Notes: generated from the letters alone by a model not told the origin. A stretch of DNA of 63,679 nt, filler included, from Folioceros fuciformis (GCA_049999805.1; 7 parts of 7 records of this genome joined end to end with filler, not necessarily neighbours in it), one strand, 5' to 3'; positions 25,099-37,807 are shown, counted from the first letter of the whole stretch. Numbers and translations are program-made.

Positions 25099-26503
25099 TG
25101 CATGGAATTCCAAATCAGGACGAGAAAAGGTCTAGACTAGCGCCCACGACGAGGGATGAAACTGAGCCTTTGAAAACTCAGGTTGTGTGTGCCGAATGAA
25201 AATGGAACAGTGCCCGATATCGAATCGAATTATGTTTGAGAATCGACGCCTGCAGCCTACCTCGCTGCACCTTCTCGTGGAACATGACCAGATAGATGCC
25301 TGACCCCACGGAAAGCGCCAGCAGCGGCTGAAGGAGGTAGGACGAATTTCTCTCTCTCTCTCTCCGTACTTGCACATTGTTATCAACGTACCAAACCTGA
25401 GAGCTTCAGCTGGGAGAAGAGACGAATGCCGGAACCTCGAGATCGCAGCTCACGAGTTTCTGTCTCTATGCATGTACATTCCTTACAAACGGGTGCTGGT
25501 GGCAGCTGGAAAGAGAATTCTAGTCTTGTTGTAATGCGCAACAACTCCAGTGGTTCTGCAGGCAAAAGACACCTTCCTCACACACTCAAAGCTCTGGTAG
25601 ACTGCCCGCCTTTCATCTATGATGTAACCGTTACTACGGTGCCGTCCCATGCAATGCGCTGGTCGTCAGCGTACAATCTCATAATGGTATCCGGAGATGA
25701 ATAACATCCACATTCAATAAGAGGGGAAAATTCATTTACCCGTAAAAGAAACATTAATCATGATAAACCGGTTTTAAAAACCGGTTCAAAAAAGTTTTAA
25801 ACTTTCTTCGAACCGATTTTTTCTCGGTTCAAAAACAAGCTTCGTAAGTATGCAGCTCATAACGTGCCGTGGAGCCCTAAAGTCCATATGTATGTAAAAG
25901 ATGCTATAGAATATTCATATAAAATATATAGTTGAAAAAAAAAAAAAAAACCTAATGAAGGACAGTCCATATGTATGTAAAAGGTGCTATAAAATATTCA
26001 TGTAAAACATAAAGAACCTGATGAAGGACAGTATGTCGATATGGGTATTCCATAGAACATCACATCAATATTTGGATAATAATCAGTTTTAAAAAAAAAT
26101 CTGATATTATTTATTTATAAGTAAAAATTATATTTATAAAGTCTTGCATTATATTATATTATATTGAAAGTGCGGAGAAATGTTGTTGCGGAGAAGGACA
26201 CATCTACTTTGCCTAGTCCCGCTTGCCACACGTACATAATCTCCGATAAATCTTGCGACTACGACTTCAATCCGTCCCAGGAGAGCCGGGCAATAACGGG
26301 CAACCGGAAAGACCGGTCTGCAGAGTTTTACAGAAAAGAGACAGGAAGACGAACTCTCTCCAGGCCCCACAACACAGCTTGACCGAGGCACGGCTTTCGG
26401 AGATCGAGTACCCTTGGAGTAATTGTGAAAGCAGTATTGAAAACAAGCTTGGACGCTCTAAGTTAGGATTTCGTCGCGGGTGGACTCGGTCTCGGCTCTA
26501 CCA

Positions 26504-28161
26504 ATGGACTCCAGCACAGCGCTGAATGCAGAAGAGGCGAAGGTAAAACTTGGATCTTGTCTCCTGTGAGTTGGCGTGTTTCATGTTCTTGCAGGCAATA
26601 GCTCCATGCTGGCCGGGATTTGATGCAATTTGAGGGTAACTGTGTTCTGGAAGTTCCATGAAGGCTCTCTTCCCTGGTGTGCTGGCTGACCACTGTGCTT
26701 CCCATCAGGCTAAATCGGCAGCAGTGGCAGCAGCCGTCGGTCGGGATGTCACGGTGTTTGTGAGGGAAGCTGCTGTCCCCAGCACCGAATCTGTTGGCCC
26801 TCGACCGTCTGATACAGGTGGGATTTTTTTGTCTTCCTCTGTGCCCCCTCCCCTTTCATGTGTGGGTCTTTAGCTTTGACTATTCTCGCCCGTTTTCTAG
26901 GGTTGCAACGGGTTCAAAATTTCATGAGAGGAATGGAAGAGAGCCTGAAATCTGTGATAAACAGAAATAAAGCAACAGGATCTGAGCGGGGTAATGCTCC
27001 CAGGTCAAGGCGGGAGGATCTCCTGGCTTGCTGTCTATGCATTTGTTGCTCTCTCGTGCTAAACCCTAGAGTCGTGGGGTTAGGCTCAGGGGCGGGAGGG
27101 CCTGCCTTCAGTACCAGAATGTGGCAGGCTTCCTAATACTTGGTTGTACGTGTGGTGTGGTCAGACGATCTCCCTGACTCCTTCTACGACCTGACCCCAG
27201 GTGACCTTGCACGTCTCCAGGCTGAGAAAAAGGAAGGTATGTTATGCCGAGGGTGGATTGAATCCGATGTGGAGTTCCTTCTATTCTGTCCTTGATGTGT
27301 TGCAATTTCTGCAGAAGTCTGAGAAGGATGGTGATCATTTGAACAGACAATTTTCTCAAGACAAAGAAGCACAGGGATGCAGAAGCTGCTGCTCGCCAAG
27401 CTCGTATCGTCCAGGTGGTTTTGAGACCTCTCGTTTCTTACGGATGCTTGGTATATGCAATTTGTTTCGTTCACAATCTGATGCTAGCTTTAGATTGTGT
27501 GCAGGCTGTGATTAAAATCCAATTTCCAGACAGTCTCATTGTGCAAGCTGAGTTCAAAGCATCTGACAAAGTGAGTGTACTTATGGACTTCCTACGCAAA
27601 GTGATTTCTCGACCTCAACTACCCTTTTTCATATGTAAGGTCACCCGGACACTTGCCTTACTTTATGTTATGACCTCAGTTTGAAGGACTCGTTTACCGA
27701 CGAGGTGCATTTCGTGGCTTGCCCGACAGATACAACACCACCTAAAATGCGTGTAAAAGATTTTCAACAAACATTATACGCAGCGGGACTTGCCCCAGGT
27801 GCACTGGTTTACTTCTCTCACGAAACTCCCAAAGGTACAACCGAGCTGCTGTTTTGGTGTGCTGTGTAAGCCGTTGATACTGTAGGTACCGTCCACTTAC
27901 GTCCAACGGTCACCCATGACATTTCAAACAGGTGCCACAAATGAGGATCATAAAGCTGCAGAAAGGGGGCCATTTGTGAAGCCAGAGATTGCCGAGTTGC
28001 GGGATCTTCACCGGTTGATAGCTAAGGAAGCGGAACTCACCCCGAGTGCCTCAGAATTAGAAGAGAAACCAGCAGACAAATCCGATTCAATTCCTCGCCA
28101 GGAGCCGATTTCGACCACGTCGAAAGGGAAATTGCCAAAGTGGTTCCGAGGATCCAAGTAG
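26504..28161 (+). CDS. PUX1: Plant UBX domain-containing protein 1 (CDC48 regulator); 7 exons
   Basis: Spliced: GRDVTVF..., DSFYDLTP, FLKTKKHRDAEAAAR, AVIKIQFPD, PFFIYTTPPK, AGLAPGALVYFS, KLPKWF; collinear with PUX1/ASPL. Confidence 0.85.
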
Positions 28162-28201
28162 ATGGACCAGCCGTTTCACGTGAGTGATTAATTACTTCGT
28201 T

Positions 28202-29305
28202 TCAACATGACATGCATGCCGTCATCTTTGTCTCCAATTCTCGTACCTTCAACTGTTGAAATGGGCTTTTGTAAGTCCAAAAAGGAGTGCAATAAAGGAC
28301 GCAACTTGAAGATGAGCACAGCTCATACTACCTGATGTGCCCTGGATCGCCTGAGGGACGTATCTAGCCGAGAAGCAAGCTGGTACGCAGCCAGCGCATC
28401 TGGGTATTTGCTCAAGGCAGAAAATGCTTCAGCCTGCCGAAGAAGAGCCTGCAAAACACCAAGGTGAGCTGAAGGCAAGGTCCGGACTCCCGAGCTAGCA
28501 AGGTGCGAAGGGTTGAATGTCTTACCCCAGCCCACCGAGGTGCGATTCTCGCAGCCTCCTGTGCATCCTCCAGGGCCGCAGCTGCATCCCCTCTAGCCAG
28601 GCGTGCAGCGGACCTGCCACAAGAACAAATATCATTTTGTTATCTCCCGGACGCAGGTCAAACAGTGGAGTTGAAGGAGCAAGAGCATGGCATAAGGAAG
28701 CACCTGTTGGCGTAGATAAAGTGGAGCCCGCCTGATGGCCTCATCTCGATCGCCTGAACAGGGACAGCAAGAAGGGTGAGCTGAGCCGGCAAGCAAGCTG
28801 CGGATACAGACAGGTGAACATCCACCAGGCCCACCTGCGAGTAGAGCTTCTCCGCCTGCGGAACGTCGCCATGCTCGAAGGCCTTGTTCCCCTGCTCCTT
28901 GATCCCCAGCGCGGCCAGGTTGTTCTCCGGATCCGCAGCCCCGCATTGCGCCGCCAGCAGCCGTGCCGCGTGCGCCGGCGTGCTGCAGTGGCTCACAATC
29001 AGCTCAGCAGGCAAGACCACCAGGTTGGGGCCATTGCCACATTTCCCCAGACATCCACACGACTCAATGGCCACTCCAGGCGGCGCCAGGCTCCTCATCA
29101 AGTCCAGCGTCTGTAAGCTCCCGCTCTTCCGGCACGCCCGGTTCACACACACTTGCACCTCAATCTCCTGCTGTCCCGCCCGCGCTGCTGCCAATTTCCA
29201 TTTGCTGTCACGGCCACGCGTGGGCCTTCGCGTGCCTCGGCCGAAATCGGGTCGCGCAAGCAACGCCCCGCACGGAGCACCAGCCCACATCGTCTCCAGC
29301 CCCAT
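28202..29305 (-). CDS. Probably plastid-targeted protein fusing a thioredoxin-like [2Fe-2S] ferredoxin domain to TPR repeats
   Basis: VQVCVNRACRKSGS...CGCLGKCGNGPN (four-Cys TRX-Fd motif), then TPRs (KEQGNKAF, YANRSAARL, LRQAEAF). The inferred last exon 28252-28202 encodes LKVRELETKMTACMSC*. Confidence 0.8.
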
Positions 29306-29824
29306 GATTTTTGCCGAATGCGTGCAACAGCCTGAGGTTCCGCAGAGATGGCCCAAACGCTGATGCGATGCTGATGCTGCTACCCCCAGAGGGTGGCACG
29401 ATGGACCCGCCGCAGCTCCCCGTCCACGTCGTCCTTGTGGTGAACATCGTCACCGGGTGCTGCTGGTGCCTGCTGGCGACATATCTCCACCATGGCCAAG
29501 TTGCTTCGAGGATGCCGCTCAATGCAGCGTGCAATTCGTTGAAGATGCAGCTACTTCCCGTGGCAGAATGATCCCTCGACGCATTCCCTTTCCTCACATC
29601 GGCACCTACCCATCCGGACCTCCACCTTTCCACTGTCCCACCTTTCCGTGGATTAGTTTTAGCTACCGGGCAGTATAGGAAACAATGTAGTAAACGTACC
29701 CAGAGAGTTAAATAATACATCATTTCTTGTTTAATTTTTCATTTTTTAATATGAAATAGCCCTACCAAAATAGGCTTTGCAGAGGTATTGTTGAGGGGAA
29801 GCACAACTTAAGCAAGATTATTAT

Positions 29825-30128
29825 TGTTGAGAAGAAGCATATCTATTTGGGATGTATCACAATGTAATTACTTCTTCTAGACCTTAACTTTTGAAGGATC
29901 ACTAGGGGAGCCACATGATGAAAGAAGAGAAGAGAAAGTAAGGTCTCTCACATTCTGTGTATTGCAAGGGAGCTCAAGAGGGTATTTATACCCTCTAGAA
30001 GAGCTCCCAAGGAAGCTTCACAAGAAGCTCACATGAAACTGCGTAAAAAGCTAATCTAAACAAATGATACTTAACTAGACACTAATCTTAGACTAAACAC
30101 ATTAGTCTAAACACATTGGACTTTAATA
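29825..30128 (-). mobile_element. Possible degraded solo LTR
   Basis: The minus strand reads AGGG-TTATTAAAG...TATAAATA...TCAACA over about 300 bp. No partner LTR or TSD confirmed. Confidence 0.3.
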
Positions 30129-31824
30129 ACCCTACAACTTCTTCTCGGCATAATGTGTTAGTCAAGAGAACTTGTTATATAAAAAAGGTAGCTAAAAGAA
30201 GTAGAGAAAAAAGTCAAAGGATCAAGAATTTTGAGAAGAAAGCAAGAGGAAGAGAACAAAGGAGAGAGAAAGAGTGTGAGAGAGGAGAAGAGAAGAGAAA
30301 AAAGCGGGAAAAAAAAACCTAGAGAGAGAGAGTGAGAGGAAAAGAGATAAAAAGAAAAATTGCAAAAGGCCTTGGTTAGAGCTTGAAGGGTTGGGGAAGT
30401 AATAATCAAGACTTATGTCCATGAAAGTGGGATTGCTACATAGTGGCATAGAGGGTTTGTGGGTGCTGCTATGTCTAATTATCATTTGTGGGTGCTGCTA
30501 TGTCAGATTATCACCTCTTCCGACAAACGAGACTACCATGCAAGTCACAGCAATGTAGGCAATATCACTTACCAAGAGTAAGTCATCTTGGGAGGTCGTC
30601 ATTCATGGAGTCAATTAAGCATCGGTTTAGAATAATACGTTTTGTTGATGCTAGGACGACATTCATCACTCCTTGAGAATGAAACCTCTTGTCGAGTGAA
30701 AGTTAATGAGGGCAAGATTAAAGGCCAACAACCAATTGCAATGCCCTTGGAAATTGATTTATGATATCACGTATGGTTCCTTAAATTTGATGTTTACTAT
30801 CATGTATGAAAAGAGCAACATCAATGTATTAAAAGTCCCATGTAGAATAAAGAAAAAGTTTTCATATATGCAACAAGAAATGGTGGACTAGGGCTCTCCA
30901 TATATTATGTGGATTTATATGAATTTTTTATCATGTTCTTGTAGCAATGTCGTTTCAAAAATTGGGGCTAGTAGACACAAATATTGATCGAAGTGTATTT
31001 CGAAAATATTTTTCTATTTTTTTCACACATATTCTTTGTAAACATCTTTTTCCTTGTTATTGTGTTGGGATTTTCAAATACCTTTAAAAAAAAGCCTATT
31101 TTCTTTCATTTTTCAAAAATAAAGTTCTTTATAAGTGCACGAGTAATAGGAAGGACTTTAGTGATCTTTTGGGTTTAGTTTTGCCTTTTATATTTTTCAT
31201 ATTTTTTGGGATTTATTTTTGTTAAGATTATTTTTATTGTTTTCAACCTTTTTGGCATAGCTTTGTAGTATAAATATGAGCTTTTGTTGACTAGTTCTCA
31301 TCTTTCTTCTTATGATCTAGACCTTAATTGAGGATTTTTGGAGCGTTTTGCATTTTTGTTTGTTTGGTTTAGGCTCGGCTATCATCGTAGATGGTGGTCA
31401 CCTTATCCTAGCATGGATTGTGGATTAAGAGCATTAAGTAATTGAACCCACTTTTGTATCAAAGTATGAAAAACAAATTCAATAGAAATCAAAGAGCAAG
31501 AGTAACATGAGGACAAACAAGGGAAAGATTGATTCAAGCAACAAAATTTTGAGCCTATTCCACAAAAACTCTATACATTTGTATTCCAACTCAACTCGAG
31601 AATATTCTTTATGCATAATATGTTCAAAATTCAATAATTTTAAAACTATATATATATATTCATATTCATTCAAGTTTTTCCAAACTTTGTTATCAAAGGA
31701 GATTTTTGGCAAAGAAAAAGGACTTTAAGTACAAAAGGAAGTTTCATAATAAACTTATTTCAACTTAGATATACTATTTGCGGGCTCATAGTAGGCAATA
31801 ACAAAAAGACCACCACCTAAAAGG

Positions 31825-32870
31825 GTCTCCGGAGGACCCGGGATCTCTTATCCTCACAAGCCCGTTGGTCATGTCTTCTTGTTCCTCCTTCCTTTGTGGG
31901 AGTATGACGGGACTTCAGGTCACCCTCATGGAAAAGCATTATGGGCAAGAGTTGCAGGCCCTCCTACTAGATTCCTCCAATGACAAGCAGGCCCGAGCAC
32001 GCCTTCGATCTTGTTCAGGGAAGGGCGCTGGCTCTTGGCCCATCCATGCATCAAGGCTTTCTGAATCGCATCAGCTTCTTTCTCTACTGCGATGAGGTTT
32101 CGCCTTGACTTGGTCTAGCCGTTGGCCTAGTCTCTCTCTTCTTGTAGCTGTGGGGTCCTCCTCGACGACCCCAAGACCCACCTGGCGCGTTACTCGATCG
32201 GCGGGCAATGCATCGCCACCCATAATGCAGTGAGGGACGATATGTTTTCTTTGGCCAAGGAGGCTAGTTTCTTCCCCTAGAAGGAGCGTCCATATACCTT
32301 GCTCAACGGCGGCTCCCTCATTGCAAACCTTTTCCTAACCAAGGGGGACCAGGTTTCTATAGCAGATGTGGTTGCCACAGACCCCACTCAAACAACCATC
32401 AGTAAGCATGTCATTATCAACTCCCCAAGTTGGGCAGTAGAAGGAAGCGTGACAAGGAAGACTTGCCAGTACATACCCCCTTGCTATTGAAACGCACAGG
32501 GCCATGAGTAAGAATTTTTCCAAGTTTTTGAAGACCTGCATAAAGGCCCATCATGTCAATAGAAGCGACGTAGGGCTTCCCCTATCTGGCGTGGTGGCAT
32601 TTTTGTGGCAATCGGTTTCGATTGCACTACAAAAGGCCTTCGCAAATGCAATTTTTCAAGCAATATCAAGCGCGGTGGATGCAATGACAACAGCCCCGGT
32701 GCTTGTACCTTATATCTAAATATGACATCTTGGGAATGATAGGGAGTTACAAGATAGGCGAACGATAGGGCTAGGCCCTCCATTCTTGGCTTTCCCCCAT
32801 TGCAGGTTGTTCCCCTTGTCACGGGGTAGATGAAACTTCCATCTCTTTTTTCCTATGCAGTCTTCAAATT
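31825..32870 (+). mobile_element. 5'-truncated CRE/SLACS-like non-LTR retrotransposon (C-terminal Zn-knuckle and restriction-like endonuclease remnant) with a 14-bp TSD
   Basis: Degenerate translation ARLRSCSGKGAGSW, STAMRFRL, CSCG..LD...HLAR....IATHNAVRD, ADVVATDP, RK...Y, AIET.G, WQSVSIALQKAFANAI. Direct repeat CACCACCTAAAAGG at 31811-31824 and 32871-32884. Confidence 0.75.
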
Positions 32871-33350
32871 CACCACCTAAAAGGTTGTCTTGTCTAGTGC
32901 ATGTGACTAATTCCAGGATAGAAATAACAAATCTTGAACATGCGTTCTTATGTATACATGTAGTTTAAGTTAAAAAATTCATATAGAAACTAGACAAAAT
33001 GAATAACGCTCCCCAATATTGTAACCAGCATCTCTAAGCTCCTCGAAAGTAATGCTCGAAGGTAATGCTCCTGGGTAAAGCTATGTAAGTATAGCTGTAG
33101 TTTGACACAAGCCTTAGTTTCACAAACAACCTCTAGTTTCTCAAACAAACCTTGGTAACTCCTAAAGAAACTCTAAACATAATTTGAAATAGTTCAGGTT
33201 TATCCACAAAAATGAGGTTTTGCTCTAATTCCAAAGGGTAAACAGTCATTCTTGCCATTGTACTTGGCTTTCACGGGTTTGTGTAGGTGGTAAAAGGAGG
33301 ACAATAGGCACTCTTTAAAATGCAATCACACCATGAACAATATGACGAGA

Positions 33351-33476
33351 CACGAGTGTAAGCATGCTTTGGTGCCACACTTTCGAACCAATTGGCACAT
33401 GTACAAAAGGTCACACGAGTGTAAGCATGCTTTGGTGCCACACTTTCGAACCAATTGGCACAGGTACAAAACGTCA
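33351..33476. repeat. 63-bp direct duplication
   Basis: CACGAGTGTAAGCATGCTTTGGTGCCACACTTTCGAACCAATTGGCAC at 33351 and 33414. Confidence 0.85.
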
Positions 33477-34841
33477 TGTTGTGCTCAAGAGAGCGAATGG
33501 TGGTTTGTATATGTATGTTATCTTTTCACGTTTCATTTTAAGTAATTACTTTTTACTGTTATGGAAAAATATATTTTTATGATTCATTATTTATGGTTTA
33601 TTTTCTACCAATATAAAAAAGTTACCTTTGTAATTTATAGTTACCTTCTTTTATTTGCAACTTCTGACTTCTTATATGCTCAGGATGGTGTAAGGTTATT
33701 TACAGGCTTCGACAGATGCATGCACATTCAGCAGGAGACGACGTGTTGCTGTCTCACTGCACCTCCGTGGCCGGTGGCCACTCTGGCACATGCGTGCGTG
33801 TGTGGTGGAGAGTGATGGGCATCGTGTTGGTGGAGCTGGGTGTAGAGTTGCTGGGGGTGGCGCTCTGGATTGCCGATGCAGGGTGGCGGGCTTCCCGGCT
33901 TTGCAACTGCAACGAGCCATGTTTGGCCCTCCTACCTTCCCATTGCAACCTTTCGTGGGTGACCACATGACGTTGCTCGAACCATGTTACTACTGCTAGC
34001 GATCATCCCCTACTTCTGCGGCTGTTGGATATCCAGGACAATCTGGCAAGAGCAAATAGATCTGTCTGTTGACACTTGTTTCTTTTGTGTTCTTGGTGCT
34101 CACTAGTTGCTACCATTGACCCTTGGCTGTGCATGCCACAGCTTGGCACCTGTCTCCACCTTCACTAGCCTGCAAGCCCCTTTAGATGTTTCTACTTGTA
34201 GTCTAATATTGTTTGACTTATTTCATTTATGTATACATTCTAAGAACTTAAACTTCAAACGTTGAAAAATAGTAAGCAAATCAACATGCATTAAAATTGA
34301 AATTGAAGAAGATAGTCTTAAGACAGGGAGGTCATTTTACTTCAAAGTTAATATATTAAAGTTTTTAAGGTATTGAGGATTGCATATAAGCATTCTACTA
34401 ATTTGTTGAGAAGTGTGTAAAATCTAGTGGAAGGTTTGACAATATATTGTAGATATGTTAAAGAGGCTTTTGTAAGTGGTAAGATAAGGCCACATGTGAA
34501 AAAGGTATGAGCCGTGGAGTAGTTCCTCTTCTCCCAAATGGATTTGTTGAAATTGTTCTTAGTAGGAGGTTAGTGGAAAGGAGGTCTACCTTAGATACAG
34601 CCTCAATTGTAGATCTCTACTAGATGACTGTGAGCTATGATAATTCATGCACTATAATTACTTAAGCACATAGGATTGCCAAGATAGCCATGATGATATA
34701 GAACTTGATTAGGCATTCGAGGTGCAAGATATTTAGGTGCTTTATATTATAAGGGTATGCTCAAGCAAACATCAGAAGTTGTAATACATCTTGTCACAAT
34801 GATTTGTGACGAGTCTTAATTGGTTGAAAGACTAATATATG

Positions 34842-35015
34842 GGAGCGGTGTGGCCTAGGGCGGAATGGTGGAGCGGTGTGGCCTAGGGCGAAGCGGTGGG
34901 GCAGTATGGTGTGGTGCACTACGGTGGAGCGATGTGGCCTAGGGCAGAATGGTGCACTACGGTGGAGTGGTGTAGCCTAGGGCGGAATGGTGGAGCAGTA
35001 TGGTGCGGTGTACTA
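34842..35015. repeat. G-rich mosaic minisatellite
   Basis: GGAGCGGTGTGGCCTAGGGCGGAATGGT-type units interleaved with GGTGCACTAC units. Confidence 0.7.
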
Positions 35016-35899
35016 TGATGGAAGGGTGTGGCGGTATACGCAGGAGTGTTGTAGAGCGTGTGGCCGTATACGCAGGAGTATTGTAGAGCATGGCCCAAGT
35101 ACGCGCTTTAAATAGGTCATGGCATACCTGTCATGAAGGTGACTGCCGATTAGGTAAGAAACCTTCAGCCAATGTTGTTTAGAATAGGATAGCAAATATA
35201 TGTTTTAAATGCTAGGATAAATAACTTAGCTTAGGTAGATATTTCGCAAACTAGCTTAGAAATAGCTAGATGTTTCTAGGCAAGTTGAGTTTGAACACAT
35301 GTTGGGTATTTCCCAACTTGTTGTTGGTGTAACCCTGCTGCCCACCGTGGCAACGTGGGGAAACAACAGAACTTAGGGTACTCTAGTAAGGCATCATGGA
35401 AGGAGTAGTGTTGATGCAAGGGCGTGAAGCCAACTCAGCTGGACGTTGGATCATGAAGATGGCTGGCGTTAGGCAAAAGGGGCAGCCATGGCAGAAGTCG
35501 ATAGTTGTTGAAGTTGTGCCGCGCAGCACTGTAACTAGGGGAAGGCAGCTCAAACCATGTTTTTGTGTTCTCTCGAATTGGGAGCTAGGATGAAGAACAT
35601 TTTTCAGTGCCTTTGATTCCAGTGTTGCAGTTCATGGCATAACTTACTAACTCACCAAGCTGCATGTGTCGCGCAGCTCCTTTCAAACCCAGATTGCTGC
35701 AAGGTTTTGCTACAATCTCTTCGAATCAGAATCTTTCATTTTCAAGCATGGACTGTCTTCACTTGCAGCCGATTGTGCTGGAATTTGTGACCTGGAGAGT
35801 AGTGGGGAAATAGCATTAGGATACAGGTACAAATGCTGAATGTGCAAGCCTAGAACCCCAAGCTTCAAGTGGGTGCTGGCCAGACTCAGGACTCACTCA

Positions 35900-36476
35900 T
35901 CATAACATTGCCCTAGCACGACATACCTTGTCAACCTTAGCTGACTCCAATCGAGATTTTGCTGCTAGTAGATCCTCCTCCTGAAGAGCTTGCCAATCTC
36001 CAGATCGAAAACGGCGAAGTCGAGAGGCCACCTCCCTATGACCTGATGGACCACCCCTAGAGCATCGAAGGCACCATCTAGGCAGGAAAAGGAACAAAAT
36101 CCAAGCACCCTCATCCCTCGAGTGCCGAGCAAGGCGATCCAAGGGAAGACGATAAGCAAGGCGAATATCATCATGTAGGCGCCTAGGGAGACGTCGAAAG
36201 AGGCGAGGACATGGAAAAGAGCCAACAAGTGATCATATTGCCCTCGAAGCCACAACCAAGCCTCTGGGGACGGCCCTAGAGGATCTGTTAGAAAAGGATT
36301 GGTAGCTGGTTCGGAGGAAGAAGCAAGTCGCACTTGTGCCACCCAAGTGGTCCTATCGAAGTCTTTATGCTTATGACCAATATGGCACTTCACCCCCTTG
36401 ACCTCAGAGTAAAGTTAAGAACACACACTGGGCAAGGGGTGTCCTTGACAGGTAAAGGCTGGGTGTCATATGCCAT
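35900..36476 (-). mobile_element. N-terminal part of a CRE/SLACS-like retrotransposon ORF (C2H2 zinc finger and pre-RT region), frameshifted
   Basis: ATG at 36476: MAYDTQPLPVKDTPCPVC-(frameshift)-YSEVKGVKCHIGHKH, then GAWILFLFLPRWCLR...GG...RLRRFRSGDWQAL, typical of the region before the CRE-type RT. Confidence 0.65.
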
Positions 36477-36584
36477 GTGATAGAGGCATGTAGAAAGTCT
36501 TGTAAATGATCAAAACCAAACAATTGTACTCCTTATTGTAACCCATAACCCTATAATGCCCTCCATATGCTCCACTCTAAGCCA

Positions 36585-37058
36585 CTCAACCCTAGACCCA
36601 TTTGCTCCACAATGTTTATAAAATGCTAAACCCACTTTTCTCGATGGTGTAACTAAACCCTAAACCTATTTAGCTCTGCCATGTCACGAAACCCTAAACC
36701 TATTTTTGCTTCATAATCCTGATAAAACCCTAATCCATTTTTCTCTACTATGTCGGTACACCCTAAACCCACTCCATCCTACTATACGGCTAAACCCTAA
36801 ACCTATTCTGCTCCATCATGTCGCTAAATCCTAAACCTATTTTTCTCCGTAATGCCTCTAAACCCTACATCCATTCTCCCCCGCCATGCCCTAAATCCAT
36901 TCTGTTACTGCCATGCTTGTAAACTATAAACCCTTGTTGCTCTGCCATGCCACTAAACCCTAATCTTATTCTGCTATGCCATTTTACTAAACACCAAACT
37001 CATTCCACTTTGCCCTACCACTAAACCTTGAACCCTACTTGCTTGCTCCACCATGTCG
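36585..37058. repeat. About 14 copies of a 34-bp minisatellite built on plant telomere units
   Basis: Consensus CTAAACCCTAAACC-TATTYTGCTCYRCCATGTCR; units start near 36653, 36687, 36723, 36756, 36790, 36824, 36858, 36919, 36953, 36987 and 37021. Confidence 0.85.
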
Positions 37059-37807
37059 GTATATGTCGCATGTTGGGCAGGGATGGTGAATATGCTCGGG
37101 CTGCTAGAGCATTGCGCTCAAAGCCAGCTGCATCTGCAACTGAGGACACCATTGCTGCACTTCGTGCCCTTCATCCAGAACCTCATGATACTATACCGCA
37201 AGATCTTCTTGACCACACGGTCGAGGAGCCTTTTTGCTTGGATAGGGTTGTTTTTGGGCATGCACTCTCTTCTGCGCCGCAACTTTCTTCAGGGGGTTTG
37301 TCTGGCACAAGTTATGACCATTTTCGAGATTATTTTTCTCCTGAGGATCCCTTAAGTGGTTTTTCGTAGCTTTATACACTAGCAGTTGCTGTGGCTAGGG
37401 GCGAAGTTCCCAATCGAATCTCTCAAGTTTTGGTGGCTAGTAGGCTACTTGCATTGGAAAAGCCAACCTCAGGAGTGCGCCCTGTTGCTGTGGGGGAGGT
37501 ATTTTTGTGCCTTATCAGCTGAAGTATCACAATTCAACTTTGGGAGTACTTCCAAGCGCATCTTGCACCCCACCAATTTGGGATTGCTACCCTAGGTGGG
37601 TGTAAATCTGCCACTCTCGGCATCCAGGCGGCCCTTGAGTTACATCCTCACGGGGTAGCTTTGTAGGTTGATATTGAGAATGCTTTCAATACCGTCTCTA
37701 GGGTCACCATCTTCTCGGGGCTCAAGAGTGCAGGAGGTCAATTAACAAGTCTTATCCCTTTTGTTTGCTCCTTCTATGGCTCGCCATCCAAGCTCTACTA
37801 CCAACAC
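37059..37807 (+). mobile_element. Reverse transcriptase region of a CRE/SLACS-like non-LTR retrotransposon; in-frame stops; cut by the contig end
   Basis: GEYARAARAL, ALRALHP, SSGGLSG, RLLALEKPTSGVRPVAVGEV, LAPHQFG..GG, VDIENAFNTVSR, SFYGSPSKLYY in one frame with about three stop codons. Confidence 0.85.

Noticed and set aside
25740-26040. AACCGGTT palindromes and a short duplication in the CAT/PUX1 divergent intergenic region
   Set aside because: Possibly a MITE remnant, but no terminal inverted repeats or TSD could be defined.
36585-37058. CRISPR-like reading of the array next to an RT (conserved 14-bp head plus 20-bp variable part)
   Set aside because: The variable parts resemble each other, the heads are degenerate, there are no cas genes and the context is eukaryotic. 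It is a minisatellite.
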